Positions 23,473 through 29,059 of a DNA stretch of 29,059 nucleotides are shown here, in pieces. The stretch's first letter is position 1, and each line of letters begins with the position of its first letter. The notes under the pieces are model-generated. The model was not told the DNA's origin. It did not search any database and worked only from the letters and a program-made list of their open reading frames with translations. The DNA is from a virus. Both the position numbers and the translations under genes were made by a program. The stretch spans positions 1-29,059 of the IMG/VR virus record IMGVR_UViG_3300029568_000138; one strand, written 5' to 3'.

Positions 23473-24402
23473 ATGTTAGTTAGTGAAGTTTTAGATAGAA
23501 TTAACACAGCTTTGGGAATGCCAGACGATTTGACCGGCAAAAATGCAAACACGTTGTTTACTAATAAGCGGATTGTTGAACAACTAAAAAACGCTTTAGA
23601 TACTTATGCGTCGGTAGTCAAAGGAATAGAGGATATTTTTAGTACAACACTAGGACTAGATACACGCGTTGCGGTTGCACCTAGTGACGCAATACGTTCG
23701 CAACCATACAGATTTACGTATATATGGCGTGATGGCCGAAAATACCCATTAAATTATAAAGACTTAAATAAAGTTAATAGTGAATTCCCATATGGCACAT
23801 ATGCCGGTATTCCACGTTTTTTTAGTGTTTGGAATGATGAAATTACAGTATATCCAGATAACAGTGGTACGCCTAACAGCACAACTTTAAATGGTGCGTT
23901 AACTGATTCAGCAACAATAGTAACAGTTGCTTCAACAAGTGGTTTCCCTGAACTAAACGGTAGGTTTACTATTAACAATGAAAAAATAAGATACACACAC
24001 AAAACTGCCACAACATTTACTGGATGCACTCGTGGTATAGAAGGCACAACGGCCGCAGCACACAGCGACACAGACACAGTGTCAGAAAATAATCTTGTCA
24101 TGTATTACCGTAAAAAACATTTTGTAATTACAGTCGATGCAAACGATAACATATCACAAGCACAACTAGACAAACAAATGGAAATACCAGACGAGCATGT
24201 CGAGCCAATAGTTGATATGGTTGCCTACAAATTACTGTCTAAAATTGACGCACAAAGGGCTGCCCCATACAAAATTGACGCAAACACTTTTTATGCGCAA
24301 GCCAAGCGAGATATTCAAGCAGGCTATGGCCAAATAGTAAATGGCACGATGATTGGACGCGCCTACGATTGGGAATTAGACAATGTGGAGGTTAACCTTT
24401 GA
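23473..24402 (+). CDS. Virion structural protein (tail or adaptor; 309 aa).
   Basis: AGGAG lies 6 nt upstream. Contains NEKIRYTHKTATTFTGCTRGIEGTTAAAHSDTDTV, a motif I recall from tail/baseplate-associated phage proteins (from memory, not verified). Confidence 0.5.
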   Translation: MLVSEVLDRINTALGMPDDLTGKNANTLFTNKRIVEQLKNALDTYASVVKGIEDIFSTTLGLDTRVAVAPSDAIRSQPYRFTYIWRDGRKYPLNYKDLNKVNSEFPYGTYAGIPRFFSVWNDEITVYPDNSGTPNSTTLNGALTDSATIVTVASTSGFPELNGRFTINNEKIRYTHKTATTFTGCTRGIEGTTAAAHSDTDTVSENNLVMYYRKKHFVITVDANDNISQAQLDKQMEIPDEHVEPIVDMVAYKLLSKIDAQRAAPYKIDANTFYAQAKRDIQAGYGQIVNGTMIGRAYDWELDNVEVNL

Positions 24403-26180
24403 CGTTTGTTATTGAATCCTATCAATCAAAAGGTTTACGTGACGACAAAGGCCGTAAATTTGTACCGGTTGATTATTTTTATAACATTGAAAACATGAAC
24501 TATGACGGTATTACAGGCTGTCAAAGAATAAAAGCACCGAGTGTAGAGTACAACGTAGGATCAGCTCGTATTGATGGGATGACACAATTTAGATTTATCG
24601 ATAGTTCAGGACAATTTCAAACTGAAAATATTTGTGTTCAAAATGGAAATGTAATAAAAAACTTTTTAACATCACCTGTAACGGTACACACAGGGCTGAC
24701 AGCACAAAAAAAATGTACGTTTGGTATTTTAAACGATAAATTATTTATCTCAAATGGAACAGATTTTCCAATTGTTTATGATGGCACATATGTAAAGCAA
24801 ATGGGCGCGCCAACCGCTAAAGATTTAGGTACAAGTGGTGGTTTAACCGGCACCTACTATTATGCGATGACATACGTTATTGATGGCGTAGAAGTTATAC
24901 TGGGCACTGTATCTAACACGGTCACTGTATCAAGCGAAACAATAGACTTAGATATTCCTGTTGGGGTTAGTAACTGTACTCAGCGTAAAATATACCGTAC
25001 TGTGGCCGGCGGTTCGCAATTAAAGTTGCTAACGACTATCACTGATAACACAACTCTTACCTATTCAGATAACAATGCAGACGGGACATTAGGTGTGAAT
25101 ATTCCAGCAACTAACAGTGAATGTCCAAAACCACAGTTTATAACTGTTAAAGATGAAAAATTAATTGGTGCGGTTAATTCAAATCGTCCTAATTATCTAT
25201 ATGTATCTGAGTTAGAAGTGGAAGTATTTTTTAATACTTCAGGCGTGTATGATGTATCCGGCGTTGGAAATGATAACACAGCTTTAACGGGATTAGTTGA
25301 AGATTATGGTCAAATGATTGTATTTAGTGAAAAGCATATATATTTAGCAGACACATCTGGGCTTATAACAAAGGTACAACAGACAACTTCAAGCGTTGGT
25401 TGCGCTGATGGTTTTAGCATTGTTCGTATACCAGAAAACGATATTTTGCCAGGCGGCATCATGTTTGTATCGAATTTATACGATGTGCGTGTTTTTAGTG
25501 GGAACATTGCTACAAATCTAGCAACTTCGTTTGATAACTTAAAAACAAATAACTATTCAATATCTTTAAATAAAGATAGCTTTGCCAATCAATTAAGAGA
25601 TAATCCGTTACATGCGGCTTTTCATGATTATAAATATCACTTAATTGCTGAATCTTTCATGTATGTATATGACATTCGGATTGCAGGTTGGACTAAATAT
25701 TTCATTAAAACAACGACATACAGCCCAGAATATTGGGTATTTGCCAATATTGGTCAGAATTTGTATATTTCACAAAAAACAGCAGGCATAGTTGAAAAAA
25801 TGTATGGCGATACATCGTACAGAGGTGAAGAACTAACGGCATTTTTTGAAACACCTGAAATTGCGGTAGATGTTAATGACAAGTATTTTTCTTCTCTATA
25901 TGTGTATTACGATAAATCTGGCGTCAACACTTTGTCGGCACTAGCCACCATAAATAGTAATCAAACAAAAACAGCCACAATCACTTATGACGGCGCATAC
26001 TATAACGCAGATTATTACAATGAAGATTTTTACGAAACGACTGACGATGAAGAAGATTATTCATTGATTCATATCGACCGATATGGCAAATGGATGCGCT
26101 TTAAAATAACGACACAAACACAAGCAAGTATTAAGGGGTGGAAGCTAGTCGGGAGAGCAATAACAAATAAAGAATTATGA
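24399..26180 (+). CDS. Large virion structural protein (593 aa, TTG start), tail tubular/nozzle-like by position.
   Basis: GGAGG lies 7 nt upstream of the TTG. The composition is beta-rich. The assignment is positional only. Confidence 0.45.
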   Translation: MTFVIESYQSKGLRDDKGRKFVPVDYFYNIENMNYDGITGCQRIKAPSVEYNVGSARIDGMTQFRFIDSSGQFQTENICVQNGNVIKNFLTSPVTVHTGLTAQKKCTFGILNDKLFISNGTDFPIVYDGTYVKQMGAPTAKDLGTSGGLTGTYYYAMTYVIDGVEVILGTVSNTVTVSSETIDLDIPVGVSNCTQRKIYRTVAGGSQLKLLTTITDNTTLTYSDNNADGTLGVNIPATNSECPKPQFITVKDEKLIGAVNSNRPNYLYVSELEVEVFFNTSGVYDVSGVGNDNTALTGLVEDYGQMIVFSEKHIYLADTSGLITKVQQTTSSVGCADGFSIVRIPENDILPGGIMFVSNLYDVRVFSGNIATNLATSFDNLKTNNYSISLNKDSFANQLRDNPLHAAFHDYKYHLIAESFMYVYDIRIAGWTKYFIKTTTYSPEYWVFANIGQNLYISQKTAGIVEKMYGDTSYRGEELTAFFETPEIAVDVNDKYFSSLYVYYDKSGVNTLSALATINSNQTKTATITYDGAYYNADYYNEDFYETTDDEEDYSLIHIDRYGKWMRFKITTQTQASIKGWKLVGRAITNKEL

Positions 26181-26638
26181 AAGTTAACTGGGTTACACAA
26201 GAAGATATTACAGAAATTGAATCACATGCGAAAACATGTTTTAAAGATATGGGATTAGATAAACTCGGATTAACATATTGCGGGCAAAGCAATACAAATA
26301 ACTTAACTAGATATGTAAACAATGACAATTACATTGTACTTAAATGTTTTAAAGACAATAGTATTTTAGGGGTTTTAACAGCATATATAGCGACAGAAAT
26401 TTTTAACGATAATAAATCAGTCGTTAACGTTTTTATGATTCAAGCCAAGCCGTCACTAAAAAAGACCACAAAAGGCAGAGTAGTACATGCCTTAATAAAA
26501 AAAATCGAAGACATTTGCAAAAAAGCCAAAGTAAATACTTTGCAGATTGGCGCAATGCCATGCAACAAAATGGGCTCATATTTTGCAAAAAACGATTATA
26601 CACAAGGCGACATTATATATTATAAGGAGGTAATTTAA
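26177..26638 (+). CDS. GNAT-like acetyltransferase-fold protein (tentative; 153 aa).
   Basis: The segment VVNVFMIQAKPSLKKTTKGRVVHALIKKIEDICKKAKVNTLQIG resembles the GNAT beta4-alpha3 acetyl-CoA-binding region, but the Q/RxxGxG/A motif is imperfect. Confidence 0.3.
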   Translation: MKVNWVTQEDITEIESHAKTCFKDMGLDKLGLTYCGQSNTNNLTRYVNNDNYIVLKCFKDNSILGVLTAYIATEIFNDNKSVVNVFMIQAKPSLKKTTKGRVVHALIKKIEDICKKAKVNTLQIGAMPCNKMGSYFAKNDYTQGDIIYYKEVI

Positions 26639-26928
26639 TGGGAGCATTAGCACCAGCAGCGATAGAGGTAGGCAAGCAAGCGGCCATGTCTGTTGCAGCA
26701 CAAACAATAGCGTCAGAGGCAAATAAAGCATTAGGCCAAACTCAACGATCAGGGATACAACCAACGATGATAATGCCAGCAATTGAAAAAATTGGGCAGC
26801 CATTAGATATAAAACAAAAAAAACCAGAACTTAACACACAGATGATAGAACAAAATTTAGATATGGCCCCAGCAGTTGACACTAATTATAAAAATAAACT
26901 AGACGATTTATTTAGAGGGTTTGCATAA
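26638..26928 (+). CDS. Small putative internal virion protein (96 aa).
   Basis: AAGGAGG lies 7 nt upstream. The N-terminus is Ala-rich. Confidence 0.45.
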   Translation: MGALAPAAIEVGKQAAMSVAAQTIASEANKALGQTQRSGIQPTMIMPAIEKIGQPLDIKQKKPELNTQMIEQNLDMAPAVDTNYKNKLDDLFRGFA

Positions 26929-27575
26929 TGGGCGGTAAATCAGAAGAACGCAAAATTGCTGAAACACAAGAAGCATCAGCGCAACAGCGTTTAAGATTAC
27001 AATTACAAGAACAAAGAGAAGCTTTACAAAAACAGTTATCACAACAAAGGGCACAGTTACGCGGTGCACAAATTGGGCAAGAACAGGCATTAAAAAGAGC
27101 TCAAGATATATATGGACAAGAAACTGGTAGATTTGCTGAATTGCAACGGCAACAAGCATTGGCTGGATTTGCACAACAGCCTGAAGAAATATCAAAGTTA
27201 CAACAACTAATAAGAGAAAGAGCGTTACCAGAACAACAACAAGCATTAAGACGTACAAAATTAGCGCAAGTGCAAGCAGGAGTCAGAGGCCCGGAAGCAG
27301 CGTTACAAAGTGCTATGGCGGCATCAAAAATGGGTTCAGAACTAGCAAGAGCCACGCAACAAGTAGCTTTACAGCAAGCGTTATCAGATAGAGAAAAAAG
27401 ACAACAGGAAGCACTTAGAAAACAAAGGTCCGCTGAAGAATTTGCACAACGACAGGCATTGGCTGGATTAGGTCAAGTGTTAACTCCAGTGCAAAAATTT
27501 GTTGGCAATCCAGCTTTAGAAGTTATGCAACAACAATCTGAGGCTATACGACGCAGACTTCTTGATCAAGGATAA
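26928..27575 (+). CDS. Gln/Ala/Arg-rich coiled-coil putative internal virion protein (215 aa).
   Basis: GAGGG lies upstream. Internal repeats include LQRQQALAGFAQ and FAQRQALAGLGQ. G+C is locally elevated. Confidence 0.5.
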   Translation: MGGKSEERKIAETQEASAQQRLRLQLQEQREALQKQLSQQRAQLRGAQIGQEQALKRAQDIYGQETGRFAELQRQQALAGFAQQPEEISKLQQLIRERALPEQQQALRRTKLAQVQAGVRGPEAALQSAMAASKMGSELARATQQVALQQALSDREKRQQEALRKQRSAEEFAQRQALAGLGQVLTPVQKFVGNPALEVMQQQSEAIRRRLLDQG

Positions 27576-27582
27576 AAAAATC

Positions 27583-28455
27583 ATGAATCAACAATTAAGA
27601 AATCAAATAAAAATATCAGAGCCACAAAAAAAACCAGATAACGATAATATTGTTGCACAGTTTTTAGGTGGGCTTGGTGCGGTTGGTCAAGGAATAGGCC
27701 AAGCCGTCGGGCAGGTTGGAACTGGAATTGCCAGTGGAATTGAACAAGGCGTAGGATTAATTGGCCAAGGTGTCAGTGAAATGAATAAGAGCCCAGAAGG
27801 TAGACTTGCATTACGTGAATTGGTGGGTGCAGCTCTTAGAAACGTTGGTCAAGAAGATCTAGGCGTAGGACTACAACAATACGCAAAACGTGTATATCAA
27901 CCAGAAGCAAGTCGGCTAATGCAGGAACAACAGCAAAAAGGCGCATTAGAGTTAAAAAAAATAGAGCTACAGCAACGTCAACAACAAAAAGAAGAAGATA
28001 GAACACGTAAGTTATTAGATGAACAACGTAAAAGACAGGAAAGAATCGAAGACACATTGTTTTTAGATAGAATGAAAGAAGAGCAAGACCCAAAAGAAGC
28101 TCGTTTTAACGCAAGAACTGAAGCCTCACATAGTATATTAACTAAATTTGAAACTGAAAAAGATCCATACTACAAAAACACGTTAAAGTTTTACAAAGAT
28201 GTTAATGCACCATATTTGTTTAAGTCTGATAAATTTAAGCAGATTGAACAGGCGCAAAGGGATTTTATAAATGCGGCACTTAGAAGAGAATCAGGGGCAG
28301 CAATCGCAGAATCAGAATTTGAAAATGCACGATTACAATATTTTCCTCAGCCAGGAGATACACCAGAAGTTGTAAAGCAAAAGCAAAAAAATAGAGAAAT
28401 GCAATTTGCAAAAATAGAAGAATTAAAACAGCGTGATCCACTAGGAATTTTATAA
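27583..28455 (+). CDS. Putative internal virion/ejection protein with an N-terminal glycine-zipper segment (290 aa from ATG 27583; the ORF track gives TTG 27562).
   Basis: AAGGA lies 10 nt upstream of ATG 27583. The N-terminal part is FLGGLGAVGQGIGQAVGQVGTGIASGIEQGVGLIGQGV, followed by a Gln/Glu/Arg coiled coil. Confidence 0.5.
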   Translation: MNQQLRNQIKISEPQKKPDNDNIVAQFLGGLGAVGQGIGQAVGQVGTGIASGIEQGVGLIGQGVSEMNKSPEGRLALRELVGAALRNVGQEDLGVGLQQYAKRVYQPEASRLMQEQQQKGALELKKIELQQRQQQKEEDRTRKLLDEQRKRQERIEDTLFLDRMKEEQDPKEARFNARTEASHSILTKFETEKDPYYKNTLKFYKDVNAPYLFKSDKFKQIEQAQRDFINAALRRESGAAIAESEFENARLQYFPQPGDTPEVVKQKQKNREMQFAKIEELKQRDPLGIL

Positions 28456-29059
28456 TGAACTATATAGAGTTTTCACAAAGTATAAAAAATAAATATCCAC
28501 AATATAAAAATATTGATGATTTAGAGTTAGTAAATAAAATGATTGCTAAATATCCAGAATACCAAGAACAAATAACATTTGATAGAGAAATTACAACTGC
28601 AACTCAAGAATTTGCACAAGAACCAACGTTAATGGAAAAGATACGTAGTATTGAACCAAGAGAAGCTATAGCAGGCGTAGCTAAAGCCGCACCTTTAGTT
28701 GCCGCTTTTACTCCTATAGGATTAGCTGGGCAAGCTGCGATAACTGGAGTTAGTAGAGTCGCTGAAGGTTTAGCAGATAAAGAAGAATTTCCACGAGCTT
28801 TAAAAGCAGGAGCAATTGCAGCAGGTACGGAATCGGCTATTGGGAGAGCTATAAAACTAGCAAAACCTTTAGCTAGACCGGTCAAAAAACTTACAAAAGA
28901 AGCGACAGCTTATGCAGGTAATATTTTAAGTTCAGTGCCTCGAGAAAGCATTGAGAAAGCTTTAGATAATCCCAATATTTTAAAAACTAAGGATACATTT
29001 TCAAATCTTGGAGAAAAAGCAAAAAAAGGATTACAAAATCTATTACGTGAAAACAAAAT
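28455..29059 (+). CDS. Putative internal virion/ejection protein, N-terminal part of a junction-spanning gene of about 480 aa that continues at 100..937.
   Basis: ATG at 28455 overlaps the upstream stop as TAATG. The frame stays open to the end of the window (MNYIEFSQSIKNKYPQY...AIAGVAKAAPLVAAFTPIGLAGQAAITGV...). It is absent from the ORF track because no stop lies inside the window. The protein is Ala/Gly-rich and amphipathic. Confidence 0.75.
   Translation, partial: MNYIEFSQSIKNKYPQYKNIDDLELVNKMIAKYPEYQEQITFDREITTATQEFAQEPTLMEKIRSIEPREAIAGVAKAAPLVAAFTPIGLAGQAAITGVSRVAEGLADKEEFPRALKAGAIAAGTESAIGRAIKLAKPLARPVKKLTKEATAYAGNILSSVPRESIEKALDNPNILKTKDTFSNLGEKAKKGLQNLLRENK
28961..29059. repeat. Terminal overlap, copy 2 (identical to 1-99).
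   Basis: Same comparison as copy 1. An exact 99-bp identity at contig ends is typical of assembly of a circular molecule. Confidence 0.95.

Noticed and set aside
19104-23552. Many antisense or nested ORFs in the capsid and tail-fibre region, for example 19104..19295, 19205..19456, 20182..20367, 20649..20861, 21142..21489, 21284..21508, 21518..21916, 21913..22110, 22345..22554, 22612..23391 (259 aa) and 23370..23552.
   Set aside because: All lie within plus-strand genes that have strong RBSs and structural-protein motifs. The 259-aa ORF is the mirror of the Thr/Ala/Val-rich tail-fibre gene with typical shadow composition.
23754-28885. Antisense ORFs 23754..24101, 25310..25507, 26131..26328, 26576..26803, 26908..27258, 27101..27355, 27836..28093 and 28604..28885.
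   Set aside because: They are shadows of Gln/Ala-repeat and structural genes. They have Leu/Val/Cys-rich nonsense composition and no initiation signals.

Overview
The window is a complete tailed dsDNA phage genome. Bases 1-99 are identical to 28961-29059, so the contig closes on itself with a unique length of 28960 bp, and one gene runs in frame across that junction. The DNA is AT-rich and many genes have strong AGGAG-type Shine-Dalgarno sites. No tail tube, sheath or tape-measure genes are visible, so the gene content looks podovirus-like. The circular layout has four blocks. (1) A leftward early/replication operon at 9340->4066 (minus) holds an acidic first gene, several Cys-rich or tiny overlapping ORFs, an ERF-type annealing protein, a replisome-organizer/initiator with an internal iteron origin, and a VRR-NUC nuclease. 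(2) A rightward block at 9472->15856 (plus) holds two paralogous mini-HTH genes, a ParB-like protein, a putative small terminase, a membrane protein, the large terminase, an FmdB zinc ribbon, a lysis cassette with an M15 peptidase, an orphan ORF and a 185-aa resolvase/invertase-type serine recombinase. (3) A putative portal gene plus a small basic protein lie on the opposite strand at 18301->15963. (4) The virion module runs on the plus strand from 18428 across the junction to 4086: scaffold, major capsid, decoration-like protein, tail fibre, tail/adaptor proteins, a GNAT-like ORF, a run of Gln/Ala/Gly-rich putative ejection proteins, a 798-aa receptor-binding protein and a membrane coiled-coil protein. 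The most unusual region is 14.3-18.4 kb. There the recombinase gene is bracketed by ~28-bp imperfect inverted repeats, as in a Hin-type cassette. A third, weaker copy of the site lies in inverted orientation on the far side of the opposite-strand portal module, which suggests one or two invertible segments. Other signals are an origin whose iterons are read in three different frames, a divergent early promoter pair with a 21-bp dyad operator and an apparently leaderless mini-HTH gene, a 35-bp perfect palindrome, a recurrent ATTTTACAAAAWTGTA motif at module borders, and duplicated translation-initiation cassettes. No tRNA, rRNA, CRISPR array, tyrosine integrase, polymerase or reverse transcriptase was recognised. 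All functional calls rest on motif recognition by eye, not on database searches.
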